In this document: in pieces, positions 52,990 through 64,000 of the stretch
Layout of the letters: each line of letters opens with the position of its first letter
Position numbering within the stretch: the first letter of the stretch is position 1
Origin: Ascidiella aspersa
Taxonomy: Eukaryota
DNA: 64,000 bases
NCBI GenBank assembly: GCA_963924565.1
Contig: OZ004613.1
Location: 21,576,001 to 21,640,000, forward strand
Reading direction: 5' to 3'
The notes under the pieces: generated by a model
Database searches by the model: none
The model's input: the letters and a program-made list of their open reading frames with translations, nothing else
What the model was told of the DNA's origin: nothing
Translations under genes and position numbers: made by a program

Positions 52990-55900
52990 TAGCGCCCAAC
53001 ACAACCAGGGCTTCGCTCTAGCGAGTTCGGTTTGTTGTGACGCGCACTCACATCAAGGGTTGCCAAAGGGAGGAAAGGGCGATTAGGGCTTGACGCAGCG
53101 GTCCGAAGTGATAAGCGAAATATTTCGAAATGTCTGCCTAATCGCTTTTACTGGGCTTCGTTTTCCGGCTAATAAAGGACTTAAGAAAGCTGAAATTTCG
53201 TTGTTAAAATGTTTGCTTTTTTGTCCTCAGTGTGACCAAAGATTACGTAACTTTTTCTACTTTTTGCTGACAACTATACAGCAGGACGAAATGTACGGCT
53301 TTTAGAATTGACTAGTCTTTTGCAGAACAGTGGCCTAATTAGACACAATGTGACTGTTAATTCATTTACAGTGGTCATATAGTCACAAGAAACACGATCC
53401 CACCTCCCAAGTTACTTTTACTGCCAAAAAGATAAAATGGAAATCTGGTATCTCTGAGCTACTCAACTTATGCTATATACGCGTCTTTTTTGTATTGTTC
53501 CGAGTGCAAGTGTAATGATGTTTTTTGTCCAACATCTGATGTAAAAAATAGATGTAGTTATTATGTTTTATGAAGTTAGTATGCTGTTAGGCTTCATTTT
53601 TGTTAATATCAGGTGCTGAATGACTTAGAATAAACATTTAAACATTTTTGTAGTATTTTAAATAGTGCTATAGATGGTTAAATTTAATAAATTATTGATT
53701 TGTATTTAAAATGTGCATGTTGTAAACCTGACACCAATTGCTCTAACCATTTACTAACGTCTTTTGGATTTATGTATATTCTTATTCCTAAGCCCAACAG
53801 TAGTTTTATGGAATAATCTTTTGTAAAACAAAATACCTAACCAATCGAACAAGATAGATTTTTACCCAAATTAAAGCTTGTATGGCTACGGTGAACTGGA
53901 AGGTTACCTAGGTTTAAAACTTAAAACGGCCACTATGGAAACTATAAGTGCACTTGCGAGTGTTTTTCCAACAAACCCAACCTTCACCAAAAAAAAATTA
54001 AATATGCTCAATGATTTTGCATGGATGTAATTAGAAGACAGCCCAGGTGCATTTAGTTGTGCTAAGGTTGAAATATTATATATACACTTTTTTGTATGTT
54101 CCCCAAACCTATTTTAATGCATAAAGTGTCCTGTGACTCAAAATGGTTAAAATACACTGTCTTAAACTTCCTATTATAACCTAAAATTTGAAAGACTAGT
54201 TAAAAACAAGATTTTTGTAATATAGTGCTTTTATGTTGTAATAACTTTTTTTTATTCTACCAACCCTGAAATGTATCCCAAAATCAGTATGTTTATATAT
54301 ATAGTTTCATTAGTGACTGGTTAAATGACAAAAAGCAGTATACTGGCCTAAATGACTGCTGGTTTAAATTCTTGTAATTTTTACACTAATTAAAAACACC
54401 TTTAATTTTCTAAATTTATCCAATTGTTTACATTGTAATAAAACAATTATTACAGTATTTATTCTGAAAGTAATAAACCCAACTTAATTCACAAATGCTT
54501 AACAAATTAACATGCATTCTAAGAAACATTTTAATGTTTTTATAAATATTTGCTTGTATGCTTATTTTAAAGGCAGTGTTCTTTGTATATTGGTTTTGAC
54601 AATGGCTCTCCAGACAAAGTTCTCTCACGATCACTGCGCAATAGTTTGTTGCTTCTGGATAGGAAACGTGACTTTCCTCTTTTCGCACATACACTCGTGT
54701 CCCTGCGCTGGTGCAGCCGCTCTCTATGACACATGTACGACCGGACGAGCGTTGCTTTGCACATACACTCACGTAAACCTGCTGTTCCAGCGCATGTGCT
54801 TATTGGGAGAACAATGATTTATTTATGCAAATTGTCAAACCCAAACCTGAATTTTTAGTTTAACCCCAGCAGTTTTTACACTTTGGTTGTACAGTTTTTA
54901 ACAACCAACAACTGGTACATGGGAAGAGGTTAACATTTGTATTTTGTTGTAAGTTTTGTGTACCACTGTAAAATCACATCCTGTCCTAGTAAGCATATTC
55001 TCTTACAACTGGTTAAATGTTCTTGTAGTTTTGTCTGACTCACTGACATAGTTTTTTTATGTTACATGTTTAATAATCATAAACATATCAATCATTTGTT
55101 ACTGCATGTAAATTTAAAGACAGATGTTAGAAGGACATTCTCATTGATTTATAATTTACATTAATGTAATTACATGCTTTAAACTGACTTTAAAGGATTA
55201 ATACATGTAAAATAACAGCTTATTGGGCATTTTAGTGTAGGTATTGCATTGTGTTGCCTGTATAAACAATTCATTGGTTAAATGTCTAACATGGATGTTT
55301 ATTTTGGTACTGTTGTTAACCTGTTATAGCCAAGGTGGCAACTAAATTTTGGTTGATGTTCTTTTTAGTATTCAAAAATACAAGGTTGTTTATATAAAAC
55401 ACATTAATTTCAATCCAAAATTATTTGGTAAGCAGATAACTTTATAGTTTAAAATTTTTAAGCATTGTTTTAAAGAAGGACTGAAATGATTGCATTTTCA
55501 ATGTTATTTGTTTGCTTATGGCATAGCATTTATAATTACATTCAGCACTATTGTTTATTAGGTCATTGGCTTGACTTATTGCTGGACGTCTGATAAATGC
55601 AAACTATAAGGAAGCAGGCAGTAGTGTGCATGAGCAATCTGTATGACGTCGAATCAACTATTTCACATGCTTCCTTGTGTGTGGGGGCTCCGCAGTGGAT
55701 TGAAACTGTTGACTTAATTACTCATACTGAACTTTTGTACAATAGGTATAAATTTTGGTATACAAAAATTATGTAACTCAACATGGTACAGATGAGTTTA
55801 GAAAAGTAACATGGTCGCAATTTTAGTAGTGTTCATAAGTTTGATTATTTTGAAGTTAAGATGTATATATTTACAGACTTTAACGACCTTGTCAAGATAT

Positions 55901-58350
55901 GTTAGTAAAGTGGAAGTTTTGTTAAATGAAAAAAATAAGACATCAAAAGAAATAGATATATAATTGTTAACTTAATTTAGTTGATTTTACTTTATTGATT
56001 TAACTTGAATTATATACAGAATTTGCTGATGTATTCACACAACCTTGTGCCTAGTTTAGCAGATAACAATCATGATTTAACAATATTAAAACTATCAAAT
56101 TTTACAGGTTAAGTTTATTACACATCCTACTTGTTTATTACTGTTGGCACTTCAATAACTTATTAACTGGGATTGCTGACATACAGCTCAACTAAAATTT
56201 GTAATAAAGCCCCAGCCATACTATAAAATATACAATGGAAATTTTTTTTATCAATTTGCCAAGTATCCCCTTTCTAATTAATGAGGTTCAACTTAAGGGT
56301 GAATTTTGTTGCTTTTGTTCAGAGTAGTTTTTTTAAGTGATAAGAAATTTAAATTTCACAATGTCTGGATGTGTTTTTTGATTATCTTATGCAAACAATT
56401 CTGTTGTGTGTTGTGCAATTTTTTCTTGGACAGCATACAAACACTCTGCAAAAATTGCCCCAAGCCATCTACTTGGCATTTGGTGCAGACTTTATCATAT
56501 ATAATTCTAAAGTAATTATGGCTATGACTCAGTTAACCTTTCATTTCAAATGTTGAGTTTGGCTCGCTTGTCAAGGTGTACCCTTGTTTCAAGTTGGTGT
56601 GCCCTTGTTTTTACACAATACTGTATTGGAAAGGCATTTATTATTGCATAGTGGCCATGTAGATGGATAGCTATATTGATATTTACAATGGACTAATATT
56701 ATCTTGGTTTTAAACTGTTGTTTAAAGTAACCAGTGTAATCAACTGCTGCATAATTTAGGTCGTACATATTTACAAACACACACAGATGAATTTTTGATA
56801 TTGAAATTATCAATGTCGGTAACAGCAAGTTTTTAAACATATATTTAAAAAACATTTATGTTTTAGATTTGCAGCCTGACCCAAGCTTACTGTAAATAGG
56901 AACTAAAATAAAACTTAACTGCAACTGGTTTCGCAACAAAAATGATGTGCACATGCTTAAGGCAAGCCGTACCAGGATGATGAAATGGTTGTCCAGTAGG
57001 AATCGCAAGACAAATACCTGGGAAATATTTCAGTTCTGAAATGTCTCTTGTGAGCTTGGATAAAGAGCTGCTCTTTGCTCTCCGAACACCTGGGGAAAAG
57101 CGCTCGGATAGGGTTAGTTTTTTGTTTGCTTGATGTCTAAATTTTTTTTTTAAATTGTTAACAGTAATGCAGCGTTTATTATCGTGTAGGAATTTTAGAC
57201 AAATTAGAGTACATACTATACTGATGCCAATTTTTACCGGGGAATCGAACTGTTTAAAATTCTGTTTGTTTTTCTTAAGTTAACTCTTCAAGTTAATTTT
57301 GTTGATTTTATTTTTAATTTTTTTTTTTCATCTTTTATCCAGAATAGCTTGATATTTACATCTTCTATTGAATTTAGAGAACATTACAAACAGTTTATGA
57401 TATCAACATTATCATACTTATATAAGCCAGCTACTCTTAAAAAAGTCCACCAAATAGTTTATTGTAAAATATGTTTTCCTTAATTACCATTTTTTCTAGT
57501 TTACCTTGACATTCTGATATTTTCAGGAGCTGAACATAATATATTCCTCACTATGTCGATTGGAATCGCTATCCAGCATGAGAGAGAAGAGCATTCGCTC
57601 GCTTTGTTCTTTGGCAAGATACGAAATGCACAACGCCAATGAAATACTTTTTAGGTTAGCATTACTTAAAAAGTTTTTTTTTTTTGTTTTACAGCAAGCA
57701 AAGATAAACTAATCTACTGTTGTTAAACAATTTGTTTTTTGATTGGTTCTGGGTATTCAAATATCGTTGCATTTATCCATTTTGTAATTAACCGTACTAA
57801 GGAGCTAAAGTTGATTTGTATATTACTGAGCAATCTTCACATTGTTGTGTAATGTTAAAACCCCGGAGAAAAATTTCTTAGACAAAATTCTAATTTTGAG
57901 TATGAAAATGTCACAGGAAAGACGACCCTTGCCGATGTTGGTACATACTCATGTGTGGATCTGTATTTATTCAAGGATCCATGTTCCTGCCCTATGCATG
58001 GTAAGTGACAAGCATTTGTTTAGTGTATGTTGACACAGAAGCTTAAGTAGCTGCTGTTGTGGGCTGCAGTTTAGTGCTCTATAAAGCATGTGTGTTGCAG
58101 TTGCAGTCCCCCAATCAGTAAGGCTTTTAACAGTGAAGTGAAGAATACCAAATCAAACAAAAGTGTTCTGAACAGGCCTTACAGTTTTAAAGCAAACTAC
58201 AGTGACCATTCATAAAGTACCCTGTCTAATATATACAGCACAGATTTCTTATTTGCCTAGCGACATAAAAAATTCTACTGTGCCTAAATTGTTGAAACAC
58301 TTTAGTAAGTAAGGAATCTCCCACCGACAATAAAATGTAAAAGAAAGATT
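52990..58350 (+). ncRNA. Putative spliced, highly structured long non-coding RNA
   Basis: CpG-rich head at about 53.0-53.2 kb, then a CpG-depleted body. Exon-like islands with AG/GT borders at 54573-54928, 55562-55745, 56867-57112, 57527-57654, 57917-58000 and 58101 to AATAAA 58329-58334. No recognisable protein. Many 9-14 bp stems whose non-Watson-Crick positions are mostly G-U on the + strand. Confidence 0.5.
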
Positions 58351-61300
58351 CTTGCTTTCGTATCAGATAATCTTAAGAATGTTTGTAAAAACAGGTATAA
58401 AACTTGAAATCAGTTCTTAAAATTTAACAGAATATAATTTATAAATTTTATAGTTTACTTTTTACTTCTATTATTGGCATTTTATACATGCTTGCTTTTA
58501 ACACAGAAACTGATGATGCCTATTTATAAGGCGAAATATTTATTTCTCTAAAGTTTTAAATAATGATTATGTTTTATACCTGTTTTTGTAAACAGTCTTA
58601 AGATCCGGTACCTTAATTGTTTTCTTAAATCGTTTTAAGATGTCTTGCTATAAGGAATTCGGCCATAAAGAGTCGTCCGTTTTGTCGCCTATTAAACCGT
58701 CAATACGTTTAATTGACAGCAATAACGCGCGAACATTGACAGGCTGAAAACCCTGAACCTTCCCAATAATGATTGGTACTTACGATCTGAGGTCAAAATT
58801 ATGGCAATTAACAGAGCAGCGGTTGTAGTATATAGCTTTGACTGGAGTGGATGTAGCTCAATGGGCCTTGAGAGGCCCGCAGGGGCTACTGGCCAAAGTG
58901 ATAAGTGTGTGGTGACTAGTGTTATGACGCAGTGGCCGCAGAACAAACCGGATCCCAAACTGCCTAACCACGCAAATCCGTCACTGCGCCTGCTTGTGAG
59001 TAAGATTGGCCTATGCACAGAAAAAAAGTGCATTATATTGTTTGCGTTTTTCCAACGCAATTAACCTTTTTTTAAATTCCCATATAATTTAGGGTTATTT
59101 GCATATAATTGTCAACACGGGCAAATAACTGTTTCAAACAGAATTATTTTTGTCAAAAAACGGCGGATTTCAGTTGGCAAAATGGCCTGGAATTTTCATT
59201 TTGAGTTGAAAACGCTAATCTAAGGTATATCGCTGGCAACCATGTGTTGTTACTTACCTAGGGCGCTTTTTGCGTCTTTCTTTGCTGATTGCACCGATGT
59301 GTATGTTATGAGTCAAGCTCGCGTTGGTACAGCGAACAAGGAAGCCTGATTCTAGTTAGGCGCCGATCAAATGTTGTTGTTTCGAACGGAGTTCGGGCAA
59401 ATCAAGCGTTTTGTCGGAAGGATGATCGCACGGGAAAATTCTTCGAACTCTTCCCCGAATGGCACTTATCAAACCGCCTCGATTTTCTTTTTGGTGGTTT
59501 AAACTTCAAGTTTAAAGAAACGTAATTTGCCCGGAGGTTATCTTGCGAATATGCGCTTAGTTTTTTTCGCTGTAACCCATACAAAGCACAAGTATACTCG
59601 ATGTGTGGACACGAAAACATTTGACATCGGTGAGGCGACCGGTGTGCGGCGTCGTTTGCGAAATTTAACAGGTATATCGGGTGACTTTGCATTTTTTTCG
59701 TGTTTGCTTTGTGTCATTTACACTCACATCGTCAGTGCACTCCTTTGCATCAGCTCCCAGCAACGCACGTCCCCCCGCCAGTAATGCACACGTTTGTCGT
59801 CGCAATTGCCAGAATAGAGCGGCGTCCTCTGTTCGAGCGACCGAAGAAACAAAAGCCGCTGCTGCAACTGTATTTAAAAGCAAATTAACCAGCGTTCGAG
59901 GTCCGATGCAATATAAAACCCACAAAGCAAGGCCGCCACAATATCCTCGTGCACGTATTCCCTTCTTAGCAGCGACCGGCGCCAATCGATAATTTGCTAA
60001 TGATCGGTCGTTGACGTCGGGCCAACTTCGCGAAAAATTGCTTTTGCCTTCCCCCAATTTGCTAATGCGTTATGACGCGTTTGCCGATCGGTTTGTTCCT
60101 AATCGTCTCACGCCCTCCCGCTCCAAATCTTTTGACAGGCGACGACGTGCCTGTCAGCTGAACCGTTCACATATTCTCAGCTTTCATTACGTCCACCACA
60201 CATGCGCAGCCGACCCTAGTCCTGTGTGTCCTTATGTGGCTATTTTGGCGGCCCGGTCCCTCGCCATTCTCTCACTATACGTTTTCCCATTGCGCACGAC
60301 ATTCGCTATTTGACGAAGTACTTTTCGTGCGATTCTTCCAACTCGGCGTCACGACTTCGTGTGGCAGATTTCTGTGTCGGGCAACTCGTGAATTTTCTGC
60401 CCCGTTTTGTCGCGTTACGTTGTAAATTTATACGTGATTATATGGGAGTGGGCGTATCATCTCGTCTTGGTAAGTGCAAAATGGAAAGCAATGCAAACAC
60501 ACAAAAAAATCGCGGCAAAGCTTTTTCAAAATTCTATTGGAACTGGAATAACCAAGTTCGAATCATACCCAAAGCGAAACTCTCGTTATAATTCCGATAT
60601 CAATTCCATTTAGTTAATAATTTATGGTTTCCGTTTTTTAGATGTTGTTTCCAAGCGTTAAAAACGTGGATATATTAGCATTGCCTCAGTAGGTGCTAAT
60701 AAGCGGCATTCTTTCTGATCTAATACCCTTAAGTCAACTTTTGTCGTGTGACTACAAAGCCATTTTTGTGGGAAAATAATGGAGCTTGGTCAATATGGGC
60801 AAACTAATAAAAAGTGGGTGTCACCCACACGTATTATTTAGGACCGTCAGCCATTGCAACAATGCTTTAACAATAGCAGCCAACGTGTTCGCAACTGTTC
60901 GACCCTCAAACAATACTCACTTCAAATCACCAAGGCCCCAAATCCGATTCCACGCCGCGCCAAGGCGATCTTTCTCTAGTTTGCGGCAAAGGGCTTTGTG
61001 TACATTTGAGCGGACGCTAGACGTGTTATCAGCCCTGGCGCAAGCCTAACATCCGCAGCTGGCGTTACTCATTGATGAGACGAACTCTGGCCCAGAGCAT
61101 TGGCACGGCCTTAGCCGCTCAGCGATACAGATAAGACGAGTCGCCTGATAGCCCAGCAGTGACATGTGACCTATGGTGTAGGCTTGAAAAGGCCGCTTTC
61201 CAATCTTAATCTGTGGCATGGAAGGGCGTATTTTGCGACGTGCTCTTCTACTGTATTTTCCAATCGACTTCAAAGAAGTGATTTCTCGTGCTACCTAAAG

Positions 61301-63782
61301 ACGACTTAGGCCACGTTTAATTGGATTCTTCTAGGCGGCACTGGTCTTTGTAATTATGTATGTATATATACACAGTTTTACACACATATATATATTAAAT
61401 CCTCTTTGTACAACATTTGTTTTTTGTTTTTTCCGATATATTTACATGCTTTTGCAAAACTAGTTAAGGCCCTGTTGGGAAGAGTATTTGCATTGGTGTC
61501 ACTCTTTTTTCATCGTTGGTTTCAACAGCTTTGTAGAACGAAAACTTTCTGTACTACTCAATGTTATCGTATTCCACCAACTAAGCGTTCGATAAAAATT
61601 AAGAGAAAAATATTCCAGTTTAAAACACGGATGTCAACAATCCGAAGTAATTTATGTATTACTAAACCCCCCAAACGCGCAACAAATACCTAATGCCAAA
61701 CGGTGTGCTGTGCTTCATTCTGCTCATTGGCCATTATCACTGGCTCCACCGGCAAACGTACACAAGTGTGTGCGTGTTTGCATAGGCGTCTTTTGTTTGG
61801 ATTTTTACCTCCGCTCACGTGCTTTCAAGGCTTTGTCGCCATCTTGACTCTTTTCGGTCAGTCGCGCATTAAAAAAAACGCTGCTGTCTCGCCCTTCCAC
61901 AGATTACCGCCCTGGCCGGCTAGTTTACATATGTCTACTTTATAAGCAGCCGGCTCCTTAATAACTGCCAGGCCGCGTAAACTAGCCAGAGGGTGCAAAT
62001 GTCACAAAGAATATCTTAAGAAAAGGGATCCTTACGCTTTAAGTGTCCATGAGAACTGGCCATATCTATTCCTAACCCACCTGAATGGACCCTCGAAATG
62101 CCGGGCACGCCTGTTTACTCTTAACCGGCGGCCTAACGCATCGTCATTACATTTCGCTTCTAGTGTGTATGTGTATGGCGTTAACAATGTGAACAATTCT
62201 TTCCATTGCAGCTTCTCGTGATACGTCGCCTAATACCAAACGCTGCAACCTTTCTTTTCAATAACCTAGTGTACTGACGATGATTGTTGTGTATTGCTTT
62301 TAGACAAATTGCCAGTTATTAATGCTTTTGTGATCATGTTCAAGCAATAATGTTTGGGTCGTGTTCGCAGTACGTTCTATTCATGGCTAAACAAAGCCTT
62401 CAAATTTGTTAGGAAAAATTTAACTGGCAGAAATCGTCTTTCCTAAATGGAACGATCGTCCACAATTGAGCAGCGTCGTAACCCGACGCCAAAGCTCTGC
62501 GGGCCGCGTTTCAAAAGCTCCTTCCTTCAGGGAGCGTCTCGTGCAGAACTGAGAGTTACTGCTGCTGCGTCCAATTACAGCGTAAACGTCGTCATGTGCG
62601 TACGGTTTTAATATATGCCTTTACTCAACTTTTAGTCGCGTTTCCGCGAAACTCTGTTAAACAAAGTCGATTCTCCAATCCATCAGGTGACTACGACTTT
62701 TTGCGAAGAAATTGTTCGCAGGCCAAGTTATTAGACGCAAAAGTAATATTTTTTACGTACGCTGCGTTTTTTTAACTTACTTTTTAACCTGAAAAAGGGT
62801 AAATAATATTTAATCGCGTGGACTTTAATTGTTAAAATTTTACCTATGTAATGTTAAGTTTTTGTTCTCTGTAATAAAGCGTTGCCGTTTGTGTAGATTG
62901 GACATTGTGGCAGATCACACCGCTTTTAATCCATTGGGCTGTCAAACGTCGGTAATCCCAGGGCGATATTCCCAAACCTAAACTTTGTCTGCATTGGGAA
63001 TGACATGATTTTAAAGATATCTTAAAGCCAGCCTGTAGTGCTGCAGCATAAAGTGTGTGCCTTCCAAAAGCGCCATGTAAAATGCATGAATCCCCGGTTT
63101 CTTATTTAATCACGCGGCAGCGTTGGCCACAAAAAGCGGCTGATTCTTATGGCCACCATTGTTTTTGTGTCACCTTGAAACTTATAGCAAAGTTGGCTAA
63201 AAAATATGGAGCCGGCCGATTTTTTAAGCGGCCAGGTAAAATCAGCCAACTGTTGAATTCAACGAGCTAGTACGTTCTCTCTTTCGATATACATTATTGA
63301 TTACATCTGACTTCTAAGTACAGCAGCGCCGAGCGGCCGGCCACTGCGCCCCAGAGCTGGCAGTTCCTGGAAGCGTCTCGACGCACCCGACCAATTTGGT
63401 GCGTCATAAATACACGTTTTCGGATCACCCACGGACGTCGCTTGATCGGCTGCTTTAAGAAATCGAAATGACATCTGTCAAACGAATTGCATGGCTCTGC
63501 TCCAGTTATTTCTCTTTTTATTTGAACATGCCTAGACTGGCTGCAAAAAGTGCCCAAACCCCGGACTGTTTTTTAACCATAACCCCAAAACATTTTGAAT
63601 TGCCTAAGAAATGCGAATTGCCTTTTCAATGCTAAGTTTTTACTGGGTTAAATTAAAGTTTAAATAAGAATTATCTGTTGTCTGTACCGCAGCTCGCAGG
63701 TTCCTCAAATTGTATAATTCTTGTTTGTACAAAATAACCTAAAAAGCTTGAACGCTTTTTTGATTTTCGTAAAGGGGAAATA

Positions 63783-64000
63783 TCAAATTGAAAAGTTGGA
63801 AGCGTATTGTGTATTTGTTCGAGACACCTGTTTTATTGTGTCAACAAGGTTTTCTTCGAAACTTTCAAAGCAATGGGGCGATTTTTTTATATTGACCACG
63901 CAGTCGGCATCCACAAAGTTAGACTGGTCCTTCTTGCTAATCCTTGATAATGTCATGAGAAACATTCTCGCTGTTTGCTTAACGTACACGTACGCCATAT
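63783..64000 (-). CDS. Possible terminal coding exon of a gene continuing beyond the window
   Basis: Frame open from the window edge to TGA at 63783 (..KKDQSNFVDADCVVNIKKSPHCFESFEENLVDTIKQVSRTNTQYASNFSI*). Minus-strand AATAAA near 63517. No homology recognised. Confidence 0.3.
   Translation of the reverse strand, partial: MAYVYVKQTARMFLMTLSRISKKDQSNFVDADCVVNIKKSPHCFESFEENLVDTIKQVSRTNTQYASNFSI

Noticed and set aside
53514-53620. C/D box snoRNA (ATGATG ... CTGA)
   Set aside because: The C box is imperfect, the terminal stem is weak and I could not recognise an rRNA or snRNA antisense element.
54428-54817. Overlapping 65-114 aa ORFs on both strands
   Set aside because: No recognisable protein and no frame continuity with neighbouring exon-like islands; better explained by a GC-richer structured segment.
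56404-56565. Telomerase RNA hypothesis (pseudoknot plus P6.1-like GAGTTTGGCTC at 56555-56565)
   Set aside because: No CTAACCCT-type template was found on the + strand upstream, the pseudoknot loop order differs from the telomerase P2b/P3 arrangement, and the P6.1-like hairpin competes with another pairing.
59289-61945. Cluster of 60-130 aa ORFs, including a minus-strand frame at 61046-61294
   Set aside because: No recognisable domain, the ORFs overlap in conflicting frames, and such ORFs are expected by chance at this GC content.

Overview
Eukaryotic, AT-rich, intron-containing genomic DNA. The small introns, dense hAT-type MITEs and mosaic CpG depletion suggest an invertebrate chordate such as an ascidian (inference). 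Left to right: (1) the terminal exon(s) and 3' UTR of an unidentified + strand gene ending in ...KSYV; (2) a complete 13-exon SLC22-family transporter on the - strand (about 571 aa); (3) a complete ~22-exon ionotropic glutamate receptor-family gene on the - strand (19671-49643, about 1,050 aa) that has lost the canonical glutamate-binding residues, has His at the Q/R site and has an AYTANLTAF gate; (4) a 16-exon, ~2,400-aa TSSK-like kinase nested antisense in the receptor's 13.7-kb S1 intron, with a 12-aa repeat array and an 8x10-aa array of LC8-type xSTQx motifs; (5) a CpG-depleted 5.4-kb unit (about 52990-58350) with spliced exon-like islands, no recognisable ORF and many long G-U-containing stems on the + strand, a candidate structured long non-coding RNA; (6) a CpG-rich non-coding tract and a possible terminal exon at the right edge. 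Many MITEs with 8-bp target-site duplications and one truncated LINE with a 12-bp duplication are also present. All exon structures, alignments and folds were worked out by eye, not computed.
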